From Chrysomallon squamiferum (Eukaryota > Animalia > Mollusca), in contig CM022668.1 of assembly GCA_012295275.1 (NCBI GenBank), positions 14,384,001 through 14,448,000 on the forward strand: 64,000 bases of DNA, given 5' to 3'. Made by a program: the position numbers and the translations under genes. Under the pieces are notes generated by a model that was not told the DNA's origin, did no database searches, and saw nothing but the letters and a program-made list of their open reading frames with translations. Each line of letters begins with the position of its first letter. Position 1 is the first letter of the stretch. This document shows positions 43,716 through 57,229 of this stretch, piece by piece.

Positions 43716-44226
43716 CAGGGACGTGCAAACTTTTTTAAAATGGGTGCAGGATGGATCTTATAGGAAGATCATGAGGGCCAGAATATGAAATGAGAACAAA
43801 AACGATTTCAAACTGTGTATTTTATATAAACAGTAAATTCACTTTTAGCAAATATTAGAAGAGGTAATGAGATGGGTGTTGTTGCATACCATGAAGCAGC
43901 AATTCAATGTCAGGCTTTATTGATGTGGTGGACTAGCAAAGAATATGATATAGTTTGCATAGTTTGAATTGAGTGAAGCAAGCAGCCATTCAAAATTCGG
44001 ATGTGGGCACTATTGATTCGATGAGCATGTTCGAGACACCTTAAATTTTAAACTTGAATGTGACTTGAATAAAAAAATAGCTGTGTCAGTTGACTTTATT
44101 TCATTGACTTGTATTTTGCTGTCTCACAAGCCACATGGCAGTGTTAATTGTGAACAGTTTGGCAGGCCAGACAATAAACCATTGCGGGCTGAATCTTGCC
44201 CATGAGCCGGAGTTTGCCTGCCCGTG
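43716..44226. mobile_element. Non-autonomous hAT(Charlie/SPIN)-like DNA transposon (MITE) in NSF copy A intron 12
   Basis: Imperfect terminal inverted repeats CAGGGACGTGCAAACT ... AGTTTGCCTGCCCGTG, with the subterminal GCGGGCTGAATCTTGCCCATGAGCCG typical of the family. The 8-bp flanks GTATGGGG/GTATCTGG (6/8 match) resemble a target-site duplication. Confidence 0.65.
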
Positions 44227-45659
44227 GTATCTGGTGATGTATGTATACATGTATAGATGACTCATTTATGATTTAGAACTAGGTGGATATATTGTTATAT
44301 GAATACAAGATAGGTGGGTGCATGGTAATACATGAATGTCTGTATCATTCATCTTTTCATCCATAACCTTCATCCATCCATCCATCAATTCACACCACCC
44401 GTATTATCTTTCCAATTCCTACTCCCAACCCTACTCAACCATTTGTCTATACTTTCATTGATAATTTTTACCACAGTTAATTATATTTTTTTAAACATCT
44501 GCAAACATTATTCTGTTTTGTTTCATTCACGGTGTAAAGTAATTTCATTAGCGTTAATTAATTGTAAATTAGGGCTGCCTGACGAGGCAGGAAGACTCCA
44601 GATTTTGCAGATTCACACTGCAACGATGGTGGAAAACAACAAACTCACATCAGACGTGGATCTGAATGAGCTGGCAGCCTTGACAGAGAATTTCAGTGGA
44701 GAAGAGATAAAGGATTTAGTAAGAGCAGCTCAGTATACAGCCATGAACAAGCTGATTAAGGTACATGTTTGTGCTTGCTTTAACCTTTATTTAGCATTTT
44801 TGCATCTGTGTTGATATCTTGTTTCTAAGTTTGTTGGTTTTCTTGTGGCTTTTGTTACAAAAAATAAAAATATTTTAGTTTTGTTAAAACATTTCCTGTT
44901 AAGAATAGAAAATTGAAATTCAATTTTTGTATTTTAATTTTTAATTTTTTTTTTTCTTGCAACTTTCGGAGCAAAGAATAAATATTTAAAAAAAATGTAT
45001 TTCCTGTTAATAACAGAAATTTTTAATTTTAAATATGATTCAATGATAACCAGTTTATTTTATTCTTATGGCCATGTTTGTGTATGTTCTAAATTTAAGA
45101 AATTTAATATATAATATCTGTGATATATATTTGTTGATTTATCTTAGTAGTCATAATTTTTACTTCAGAAAATACAGATTTCCAATTTTCATTTTCACTA
45201 ACTGGTGACTTTGCTCCAAACATTAAACTTTATACAAGTATCAGTATCATATTGAATTAAATCGATAATTTAAGTAAATTAAAACAATTAACTGTAAATG
45301 AGATTAATTATTCTTTACTAAGCTTGCATCTATGATTTTAAGCAGATATTAAAGTTGTGAATTAATAAGAAAATTTTGTTTTATCTAGGTCACTTCTACT
45401 GTAGAGGTTGACCCAGATGCCAGAGACAAACTTGAAGTGTCGAGATCAGACTTCATGCATGCACTTCAGAATTACATAAAACCAGTAAGTATTGACAATA
45501 AACTGGATAAATTTTGATTAAATAAGGGCTGGTTGACGAATTTTTGAAATAAAATAGTTATTTGTTTTAATGTTGCAACGGTTCTTATTATTAATTTCAC
45601 AGGCTTTTGGCAGCAGCAAGGAAGGACTTGAAACATTCATTACAAACGGAATCACATAA

Positions 45660-45761
<102 letters not shown>

Positions 45762-46368
45762 TGATTGGCTGTCTTACCATTTGAAATCAAATACCATTGG
45801 TTGTTTGTTTTTTCTGTGGTTTTTTTTAGAAATTTTAAATAACTGTTAGAAGTGTTTTTATTGATGGTTTTGTTATTTCAACATTTTTTCATTATTGGCT
45901 TTTTTTCTATAATTTTAAGTAGCTGACAAGTATGTTGTTGATGGTCTTTGTACATTTTTATTACTGGTTGTTGTTATTTTATGAAAATGACAGTTTGTAA
46001 TTTTAAAATCTTACAATGTTTTTGATTGGGTTTGTTTTCTGATGATGTTTGAAAGTTGTCAAAAAAAATTAAACTTCTGATTATACACTCTCTCTCTCAT
46101 TAAATAAATTTTCATTAATTCATTCATATAGTTATTCATTCATTCATTATGTATTTATTAATTTCATTCAATTATTTATTCATTCATTCATTCATTCGTT
46201 CATTCATTCACACGGCCTGCATCCAGTGGGAAGACAGCTCAAGCTGCCACTATTGCCAAACTCTCAGATTTACCATTTGTGAAACTCTGCACACCAGAAA
46301 ATATGAGTGGTTTTACTGAAACTGCAAAATGTCAGGTAATTAAGAAGGTATTTAATTTAAAAAAAAGA

Positions 46369-46403
<35 letters not shown>

Positions 46404-46499
46404 TAAATTTAAAAAACTAAAATATTTAAAAAAAAACCCAGTAGTTGTATTTTGTTACTGTTGAAAATACCGTTTTAATCATTGTAAGTCTTCTGACTT

Positions 46500-46955
46500 T
46501 TTTTATTGTCAGATATTATTTCATTACAATTATTACTGTTATTATTATATTTCTTGTTATATTTGTTGTTATTATATTCTTATTCTTATTTTTGCTGTTA
46601 TTATTTTTGTCATAGATGTTATTTTATTATTGTTATTTTTTTAATTAATATTAGTTATTGTTTTGTTATTAGTTTTACTATTATTGTTTTTATTTATTGC
46701 TGTCATTATTATTATTAATTTATGTATTACTACTACCACTTTCATTACTGTTTTTTGTTGTTTTTCTTTTCATCATCACCTTCATCATCATCATCATCAT
46801 TATTGTTGTTATTATTGTCATTATATTATTATTATTACTCTTATTATTATTACTATTATTATTATTATTATTACTATTATTATTATTAATATGATGATGA
46901 TTATTATTATTATTATTAATTTTATGATTATGAATGTATTATTATTATTTTTATT
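46500..46955 (+). repeat. Compound (ATT)n/(CAT)n/(GTT)n low-complexity tract
   Basis: Trinucleotide-rich tract filling the intron where the NSF D2 exons are missing. Confidence 0.85.
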
Positions 46956-47599
46956 ACAGATAGATGAGACTGACAGACCAGAAAAATCTCTCAACAAACT
47001 TGAAGATGAAGATGCACCTGAGAGATATCTCCAGAAAAGACACTGTACATAATAGAAAATTGTTGTTCAGTTTTTTATTTTTTTATTTTTTTTTCTTCCC
47101 TTTAGTCTTACTAATAACCTTCAATGCTTGTTATTGTGTAGAAAAAAAGTCAAGATAGATGATAAATTACATTGTTGTTAGTTTTGATAGTCTTCTTGAT
47201 TTTGTATTCTGTGTAGTGAATTATATATTTATTTAGCTGACGTGTACAAATAATCGTGTTTAAAAATTCATATTTTTGCAGTTCTTGTGTTTAATGTCAC
47301 AAACACTAAACTATAATATATCTAAATATATATATTTCTCGCCTCTGGTGTTATAAAGCAATAAAATATTTGATTTGTAATTAATTTTAGGCTATTACAT
47401 TTTGTTGTAAATGATTTTAAAATCTCTTCCCTTAACTGTCATATTTTGTATTCGTGTGTTTTCGGAGCGCTGAACCGGAAAATGCCGAACTATTGTTCAG
47501 TTGTTGTTTTGCGTTCAGCATATTGTTTTCAACGCCATGTTGATTGAGAAAACGATATGTAGGTAAATAAAATGACATGACTGCAAAAGACAGAAATCG

Positions 47600-47895
47600 C
47601 TAGGGTGCTATATGTGCCTTAATCAGATACTGTGTATACGTAATCACATCAAATTTGAGACATGCCCCTTTTATTTAGGATTTTTATGTTTTTTACAAAT
47701 TTATTTAGGTTTTATTGTTTCTCCCAGTTATACCAAAGAAAATCCAAAATATAAGTTTTTCCCTGTTCTTACTCATGGCATACGTGGGCGTGTTATCATT
47801 CAAACATAAGTGCTACGATGACGTTCAGTGCAGTGACTGTCTGAAAACGTGACGTCATGAACCCCCCCTCATCAGAAAAGCTGGATCCGCCACAG
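47600..47895. mobile_element. Possible truncated PIF/Harbinger-like MITE
   Basis: Ends in GAACCCCCCC...CTGGATCCGCCACAG, resembling the CAGTGGCGGATCCAG termini of such MITEs. The sequence is absent from copy A and no matching left terminus was seen. Confidence 0.35.
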
Positions 47896-48329
47896 TAATA
47901 ATACTAATAGTGGTAGTAGTAGTCATAAATGAAAAAATAAAACAATAAATTAATAAAAAAAAATGTATAACTAAATAAATAAGTAAATAAATATATAAGT
48001 AAATGAATAAGTAAATGAATAAGTAAATAAATAAATAAATAAGAAATAGGAATATCAAAACAGGTATGGGGAAAATTATAAAAAAAAAAAAAATGTATAT
48101 AGTGGGATGTATACAGTTGTAACCTAAGTTTCGTTTGGATGTTTCTTAATTTGATCTGACCAGTGACCCAGCGACATTGACGTCACTAAGGTGATCCATT
48201 TTCTCTAAATTAACAGGTAACAGACCAACGTAATGTTATGAATAGTATATATTTGAGATGTAATCTCATTAGTGGCTCTTTGCCAAACTTATAATCATAA
48301 TTTTGTATTCTATGTAGTGAATTTAGTAA

Positions 48330-50668
48330 TATTCGCAAAACACTTCTTTTTACACACCCTTCCAAACGTCCACGGAGCAAAAGCCCTAACTCAGAAAGGA
48401 AAAAGTAACAAAAAACAACAGGCGACAGAAAAACAGAAATGGCAAATCACACACAAACTCTGACTTAGACAAAACACCCGAGGCAGAAGATAATCAACAA
48501 AAGAAACCCCCCCCATACGACAACCAATAAAAACACTACTCGCTCAACAACAACAACAACCCAAACAAACAAAAAACATCGAGACTACACCTGTCTCACT
48601 TCAGAAATACGAATATAGGGGAAAAAATCACAGAAAAAAAAGAAAAAAAAAAGAACAGGAATAAAATTTACAACTTTTAATTAAGAAATATAAACAATGA
48701 AAAATAGATTAAACACATTTTGTCATTTTTTTTTTTTTTTGTGTTAATGTTGGTGGTTTATCTATCATCGTGTTGCGTTATATTCAATACTTTACAGACC
48801 CATACATTTTGTGACTTTTTTTCTGTTTTTTTTCTTCCAGCGACCACAAATACATCTCCAGAGATCCGCATGGAAACACACATGGAATGTTCAACAATGA
48901 GCTACACGAACAAACAAAAGCCATGTTAGTTAATGTAGCCATGTGGAAAAATCGTAGATACTGGTTTACATTACAAAACCGAACACCACATCTTATACAT
49001 TTCGTGGCCTCCATAAAATACAAACCCGATATAACACGCATACAAGAAACATGGTTAGGATAAAACAAGAAAAACAAGAAAAAACGTAGAAACTTTAATG
49101 TTCCCGGGTATCAAACCCATTATGTTAACAGACTGAATAGAACCCGAGGAGGGATTATGACACTCGTTAAACCAGACATACCACACACTAAACTGAAATA
49201 GACATAGTCCGTGCCAACATTGAAATATTAAGCATCACCATACAGAAAAGCAATCAAAATATTGACATAATTAATGTATATAGCCCACCCACTCACGCAG
49301 TACATACCATGCCAACTTACGACTTAAACAAAATTTTAACAAGAAACAATAAGCTAATTATAATTGGCGATTTCAGCTATCATAACACCTTATTTGGTGG
49401 TTAAATAGACGACAGCCTCGAATCGTCTTAGAAAATTTCATAGAACAAAAACATCTGGTCTGTCTCAACGACGGAACATTCCCATACACCAGTGACACGA
49501 ATGGTGTCCAGTCCGCCATTGATTTAACATTAAAAAGCAAAGACATCGCAGCGCTAAGCGAACTGCAAGTGCTCAATGAACTAAACAGCGACCATCACCC
49601 CACACTCACCAACTACAGCAGCAAAAACACTTTCTCAGACAAATCGATTTTTACACCCAAATGGAATTTCAAGAAAGCAGACTGGGAAGGCTTCTACAAA
49701 GCATGCAAAAATATTAAAAACTAAAAAATCCAACAACATCGACACCTACTGCATATCACTCACCAACACGATAAACTCAACTGCCACCAAATTCATACCC
49801 AAAACTAGAAATTGCACCAACAAAAGATTCACTGCCTGGTGGACTGAACCTGTAGAAAACAAATGCAAAGAAAGAAACAAATACAGAAGACAATATAAAA
49901 AAGACAAGAATCATTCAACAAAATAAAATGGCTAAAAATGAAGTATCGAACCTAATTCTTATTGCAAAACAAGAACACTGGGAAAATATTTGCTATAACA
50001 TCAACCACAAAACATCACTCAAAGACATGTGGGCCAAAGTGAAAACATATACAAGGCAAAAAATCTCACACAATCAACACTCGTGACATAAACAACATCG
50101 CTTTCACTAACAAACATAAAGCAGGCCTACTCAGTGAAACTTTGTCGAAATGAAGCATAAATATTGAAACTTCCCACCCAAATTCACAGAAAAAAAGAAA
50201 AAAAACAAACATTAGAGAACCTACCAGTTCTCGAACATTCTAGCGACACAGAACACATAAAATACAAAGTACCAATGAATTAAAATATGCCCTTAAAAAC
50301 AAAAACAAAAAGTACTGCCGCAGGGCCTGACAATATAAGCTACAAAATAATGAAACACTTGCCAGAAGAAACACAATTAATTATACATGAAATCTTCAGC
50401 ACAATTTGGACAACAGGCAATATTCCAGCAAACACGCTGAACGTTTCAGTCTGCCTAAAACCCCGTAAAGACCACACATTACCCAACAATTACACACCAG
50501 TCACTCGGACATCACACATGTGCAAAACATTGGAAACAATGATAAACACACCTAAATCAACATTTAAATGACAACAATTTAATTAGTAAAAACTAAAACG
50601 TGAACAACCGAATCACCTGCTTACAAAATTCAATTAACCAATCTTTCAGCAAAGGATCATTCAGGCCA
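48330..50668 (+). mobile_element. Decayed non-LTR retrotransposon (APE endonuclease + start of reverse transcriptase; I/Nimb/Jockey-like) in NSF copy B intron 1
   Basis: Frameshifted motifs occur in the expected order: IQETWL, NFNVPGYQ, RGGIMTLVK, IINVYSPP, IIGDFSYH, CLNDGT, SAIDLTL, SDHHP, KWNFKKADW, AWWT, then RT-type AAGPDNISYKIMKHLP...KPRKD...YTPVTRTSHMCKTLETMIN. The sense strand is strongly A/C-rich. The 5' boundary is approximate. Confidence 0.88.
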
Positions 50669-52031
50669 TGGTTATTAATATTTAAATGTGTGGTTTTTTT
50701 TATGTAACATAATTTTGATTGATAGAAGATAGCCTGTACATTTCTGTTGGATATTTTGTTATTCTGTGTTACTTACTTAAGCTTGAAAACTAAATAACAA
50801 AGTAAGATAACGTATTTTAATAACTAAAAGATTAGTTAGAAAGTTAAAGTAACCAACTGGACTTGATTAGTTTAGTATTATCTATCAACTCCATTTACTT
50901 TTATTCTGCATCGTTCGAATCGTATTTGGTTAATTTATGTAAAATATAAAACAATTACCCATGTTCATTTCTTGTTTATATTATTGTCCTCTAGTGGATA
51001 CTGACTAGTCTTTTACTATTTTAACCTATCTCAGATCTTTAAAATCTTGTCACGCGAAACTATTGTAATCTACTACCCTCTAGACGGGATTGGCCGACTT
51101 TAAGGTATTAATACCACTCAGACTAGTCACCGAGACAGTGTTGTGTGTAATAAAGTTTTTCGAAAGGCTTAAATTTATTATTATTATTTAAAGCAAATAA
51201 GGAAGATAATTTTAAATTCTCGTTCCTGATCAAGACTGTATGCAGCAATGGCTGAGGTAGGTGTATAGACAATAATTTAATTATTAAGTTTATGTTAATA
51301 GCATGGACAATTACAGTTATAAATAGCATTGTTCCGTTTCATATTTAGATAACCAAAACATATCTAGTTAAAATTTTAGCAATGTAGTTTGACTGCATGA
51401 AAATATTGTGTCAAAAAATGTTAATTAGATCATTAATTAACCTGATTTAATTCCAGTTGTCAACACCGGTAAATATACCGTTATTGCTATGAAATTTTTG
51501 CTTGTTTTAAGGACGATATTTAAGTATGGTGCCACTCGAAAAAGAAGTATTAACTAAAAATGAATATAAATTAATGGTCGGCATTATTCTTGAGAGAAAA
51601 ACGACATCCTGGTGCTTTTGTTTTTGTAATGAATAAAAATAATAATTAAAAATAAATTACATTATAATAATCTTATGTTTATAAACAAAGACAAATAAAC
51701 ATTAACACACATACAGACGCACATACACACACGCACACAAACACACACACACATACACACATACACACATGCCTTTTATAAAGAAAATGTATAAAAATAT
51801 AACATTCTAAAAACACTGGGTTAGAACAGTCAGTAGGGATCCACATTTTGCAGATCCATAAACCTGTTATTTTTCTTAATTATAAATTACCTAATTCAGT
51901 ATGGTTTTAGATTGTTATTATTGTTTTTTGTCTTGTATCTTTTGTGTATATGTAGATAACACATGTACTTGCAGATGGTTAGTGTTCATGATTTATATAT
52001 AAAATATAAAAATATACAAATTATCTTTAGG

Positions 52032-52066
<35 letters not shown>

Positions 52067-52164
52067 GAAACCTCTCCCCAAAAAACATAAAACCCCCAAA
52101 AATACAACAGAAAGAAGCAAAAGAAACAATAACAAGAAAAAAATAACAATTTAAATCAAAACAA

Positions 52165-55034
52165 AACTGAATATGTCTCTGAATATGCAAGTATGAATAT
52201 GTGTGTATATGTGTATTTTGTTTTTTTATCAAATGTTTTGTTTGTTTGTTTTATTTTAGACGAAGTGTCCAAATGAAAAGTTGTTTCTGAGAAATTGTGA
52301 CACACACGCACAGAAAACTGAGTTTGTATGTATCTATTGTATGTGTTGAGGTTTATATATGTGTGTCTCTAGATACGTATGTAAATGTATGTGAATATGG
52401 CTTCTGACATAAATATTATAGAGCTTTAGTTCGAATGGAATAACCGTTTTGTCTAGTATTAATTTATTATTATTATTGTAATATTAACTGTTACCACTTT
52501 GTATTTCAGGTATATCAAGATGTTAGTTACTCAAATGTTTTCATATGTGCATACATTTTGAAATTTGACTATGTATGTAATTATATATAATGAGCTGCAC
52601 TAATAATCTGCTTAATTATTTGTGGTTTTTATACTGAGTGTTTAGTTGTGTGTACATATTTTATTTGTTGTATTAAAGTGTATGTATATGTGTGTTAATG
52701 CATGTGTATGTGAACATGTGTATGTATATGTATGTGTGAATGTGTGTGTATATGTGTATTTTGGTTTTTATAAAAACAAAAAAACAAAATTATTTTATTT
52801 GAGATATTGCGCTCGACAAAGTGTCCAAATGAAGAGTTGTCTCAGAAAAATTGTGACACACTCGCACAGAAAGCTAAGTCTGTATGTATCTGTGTCTATT
52901 GTATGTGTTGAGGTTTATATATGTGTGTCTGTAGGTTTATATATGTGCATCTAGATATGTGATGTTTGTTTGTATGTTTGACAGTAGTGGATGTATGAAA
53001 TATTTTTATTTTTATGGAAGTCTGTGAATCTGTGTATGTACGTGTTTTCATGAATGTGTATGATAATTGTGGATATATACTTGTAGTGTTGTGTGTTCAT
53101 TGCTGGCCTCTGTACTTTTATAAATATCTTCATAGATGCTTACATTTTTAAATTTCTCTATCTATATAATTATATGTGATGAGCTGCAGTATAAATCTCG
53201 TTAATTATTTTTGGTTTTCATATTGAGTGTTTAGTAGTGTGTACATATTTTATTTGTTCTATTATAGTATATAAATATATGTGTGTGAATGTATGTGTAT
53301 TTGAATATTCTCTGTATATGCAAGTATGGATATGTGTGTATATGTGCATTTTGTTTTTTTATCAAATGTTTTGTTTGTTTGTTTTATTTTAGATGCTTGA
53401 CTGGAGAAATGAAGTGTTGTCTCTGAGAAACTATGTCACACACGCACAGAAAGCTGAGCCTGTATGTATCTATTGTATGTGTTGAGGTTTATATATGTGT
53501 CTCTGTAGATACGTATGTAAATGTGTGAGAATATGGCTTCTGACATAAATATTATACAGCTTTAGTTAGAATGGAATAACTGTTTTGTCTAGTATTAATT
53601 TATTATTATTATCATAATATTAACTGTTACCACTTTGTATTTCAGGTATCTCAAGATGTTAGTTACTCAAATGTTTTCATATGTGCATACATTTTGAAAT
53701 TTGACTATGTATGTAATTATATATAATGAGCTGCACTATAAATCTGCTGAATTATTTGTGGTTTTTATACTGAGTGTTTAGTTGTGTGTACATATTTTAT
53801 TTGTTGTATTGAAGTGTATGTATATGTGTGTGAATGTGTGTGTATATGTGTATTTTGGTTTTTATAAATACAAAAAAACAAAATTATTTTATTTTAGATA
53901 TTGCGCTTGACAAAGTGTCCAAATGAAGAGTTGTCTCAGAAAAATTGTGACACACTCGCACAGAAAGCTAAGTCTGTATGTATCTGTGTCTGTTGTATGT
54001 TTTGAGGTTTATATATGTGTGTCTGTAGGTTTATATATGTGCATCTAGATATGTCATGTTTGTTTGTATGTTTGACAGTAGTGGATGTATGAAATATTTT
54101 TATTTTTATGGAAGTCTGTGAATCTGTGTGTGTACGTGTTTTCATGAATGTGTATGATAACTGTGGATATATACTTGTAGTGTTGTGTGTTCATTGCTGG
54201 CCTCTGTACTTTTATAAATATCTTCATAGATGCTTACATTTTTAAATTTCTCTATCTATATAATTATATGTGATGAGCTGCAGTATAAATCTCGTTAATT
54301 ATTTTTGGTTTTCATATTGAGTGTTTAGTAGTGTGTACATATTTTATTTGTTCTATTATAGTATATAAATATATGTGTGTGAATGTATGTGTATTTGAAT
54401 ATTCTCTGTATATGCAAGTATGGATATGTGTGTATATGTGCATTTTGTTTTTTTATCAAATGTTTTGTTTGTTTGTTTTATTTTAGATGCTTGACTGGAG
54501 AAATGAAGTGTTGTCTCTGAGAAACTATGTCACACACGCACAGAAAGCTGAGCCTGTATGTATCTATTGTATGTGTTGAGGTTTATATATGTGTCTCTGT
54601 AGATACGTATGTAAATGTGTGAGAATATGGCTTCTGACATAAATATTATACAGCTTTAGTTAGAATGGAATAACTGTTTTGTCTAGTATTAATTTATTAT
54701 TATTATCATAATATTAACTGTTACCACTTTGTATTTCAGGTATCTCAAGATGTTAGTTACTCAAATGTTTTCATATGTGCATACATTTTGAAATTTGACT
54801 ATGTATGTAATTATATATAATGAGCTGCACTATAAAAATGCTTAATTATTTGTGGTTTTTATACTGAGTGTTTAGTTGTGTGTACATATTTTATTTGTTG
54901 TATTAAATTGTATGTATATGTGTGTTAATGCATGTGTGTGTGAACATGTCTATGTATGTGTGAATGTGTGTGTATGTGTGTATTTTGGTTTTTATAAAAT
55001 ATTTTTTTTATTTTTATTTTTTATTTTTTTTGAG
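52165..55034 (+). repeat. ~1.1-kb tandem repeat (~2.6 units, each a dimer of ~0.55-kb subunits) containing NSF exon 2/3 fragments
   Basis: The landmark GAATAT..TCTG.ATATGCAAGTATG occurs at about 52169, 53303 and 54397. Pseudo-exon-2 starts are at about 52260, 52804, 53393, 53898 and 54487, and exon-3 acceptor fragments at about 52510, 53645 and 54740. Confidence 0.85.
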
Positions 55035-55137
55035 ATATTTCACTCGACAAAGTGTCCAAATGAAGAGTTGTCTCTGACAAATTGTGCCATAGTGAATGAA
55101 GCAGATTTTAAAGATGTCAGGTTTGTGAAATGTTGTG

Positions 55138-55193
<56 letters not shown>

Positions 55194-55629
55194 ACAAACA
55201 ATAAACACACAAACAAATGCACACACAAAAAGATAAGTATATGTATCTGTATCTGTAGTATGTGTTGGTTTATATATGTGTGTATGTGTACGTATTTAGA
55301 TATATATAGTTAGGTAGGTGTGTGTGTGTGTGTGTGTGAATATGACTTCTGACACGAATGTTTTAGAGCTTTGGTTAGAATGGAATAACCATTTTGCCCA
55401 GTATTAATTTCTTACTATTATTGTAATATTAACTGTTACCACTTTGAATTTCAGGTACATCAAGATGTATGTTACTCAACACGTCAGTTATCTATTTACA
55501 ATAAAGGCAGATAATTCGGTTGGTCCAGGAAAAATTGCTTTCAATGCTATGCATGTTAGTATACACACAATATAATTACATATCTTTGTAATGTTAGGCT
55601 ACTGAAATAATAAATAAATAAATAAATAA

Positions 55630-55745
55630 ATAAATAAGATGAAGAAATCAAGAATTCAGTAAATAAATAAATAAGATGAAGAAATCAAGAATTCAGTAAA
55701 TAAATAAATAAGATGAAGAAATCAAGAATTCAGTAAATAAATAAA
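55630..55745 (+). repeat. 37-bp tandem repeat x3
   Basis: GATGAAGAAATCAAGAATTCAGTAAATAAATAAATAA at 55638, 55675 and 55712. Confidence 0.9.
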
Positions 55746-57229
55746 TAAATGCATGTTTTTTATATTTACTTTAATCAAGTTTGGCAGCTGAAATAATTAA
55801 TAAGTGAATAAATTCATGCTGAGAACAACTTTTTTCTTTTCTTTTTAAAAAATCTCTTAGTAGTAGTTAAAATTAATTAAGTAACTTCCTATTTATTTGT
55901 ATATAATTTTTGACTTATTAATAACCAAGCTGTTTAAATAATTGTAAAGATTATGAACTATTCATCTTTTGTTTTCATTTTTCAGAGAAAATGGGCCAGC
56001 ATTATTCTAAACACTGAAATACAAGTGGAACCATTTGATTTTGATTCAAAAACTCAGGGTATTGGATCCATTGTTTTTGAAATTGATTTCTTGAACAAGA
56101 AGAAGTAAGTGACAGCACAGAAAAAGATGGTGTAGTGTTCAAAAATTCTAAAATGTAATCAAATCAGAACATTATCAAATTTATTTCAACATTTTTGTTT
56201 TTAGAATTTGTTAGTATGAACATAAGAAAAAAGGGTTGTGTTGTTGATCATTAATATGTACAAATAGAGTGATTTCCCTTTCATTTATGACACCCTGTAG
56301 CAACACTTAATTCATGAATTCTGTTTTAGATTGGATTGTTATTAAAATAGATTTCTTGAATAATAATAATTAAAACAAAATACATTAACACTTACAAACA
56401 GCGTATTTAAAAAGTGATAATAATATCACTTTACTGTAGGAGTTGACAAATATTCTAAATTATTCATATATTAAAAAACAAATTTAAAAAAAAAAATATC
56501 AACAAAAATTTAGTAAACAAAGACCATAAAAAAAAAAAAAAAAATAAAAAAACACCCCAAAACTACTAAAAATCCCAAACTTCAAAACTATTTTAAATTT
56601 GATTTGTTATTACTAGATTAAAATAAAATAAAATATATTTATCTTTTTTTTCAGTGAGTCTACTGAAATGTTTGACAGTGACAAGATGGCACAAGAGTTT
56701 CTCATGACCTTTAACAGTCACTCATTTCAAATTGACCAGATATTGGCATTTAATTACAAGAAGAAAATCTTTGCCCTTAAAGTGACAGATATTCAAGGTT
56801 TTTCTTTTTATACTGTAAAAAAATTATGCCAAATTAATTATCAAACATCCTGTCAAAAGTGTAATATTTATTTATATATATATATATATATATGTTTGCA
56901 AATATGAATGGTAATTTGAAACAATTTTTGTAAAAGAAAATAAGGTGAGTAAAAAATGTAGTTATTTGTTGAAATAATAAATTCATTAATTTATTTACTT
57001 ACTTATTTACGTATTTACTTTTTTTTTGCTTATTTTGTTTATTTTATTTTTTAATCCTGGATTTTACTGCAGTCAAAGAAAATATGGAAGGAAAGCCTAA
57101 AAAGGTATTTTTGACATATTTACTGAAATTATAATTGCATATACAGATTGACAAACATTTCTAGATCCTACTTACAAAGGTCCTTATTTCCTTAAATCCA
57201 TATATATGTATATCCTTACGTAGTTAGAT

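Noticed and set aside
46506-46959. Poly-His/Ile/Leu ORFs
   Set aside because: Trinucleotide microsatellite translations. Only 46960-47052 is a real NSF-derived exon.
47850-48185. Two TGACGTCA (CRE) palindromes at 47850 and 48178
   Set aside because: These 8-mers lie in or near repeat-derived sequence and have no independent support for function.
48330-50668. Active or domesticated reverse-transcriptase system
   Set aside because: Multiple stops and frameshifts, and the RT similarity ends before the catalytic YADD region.
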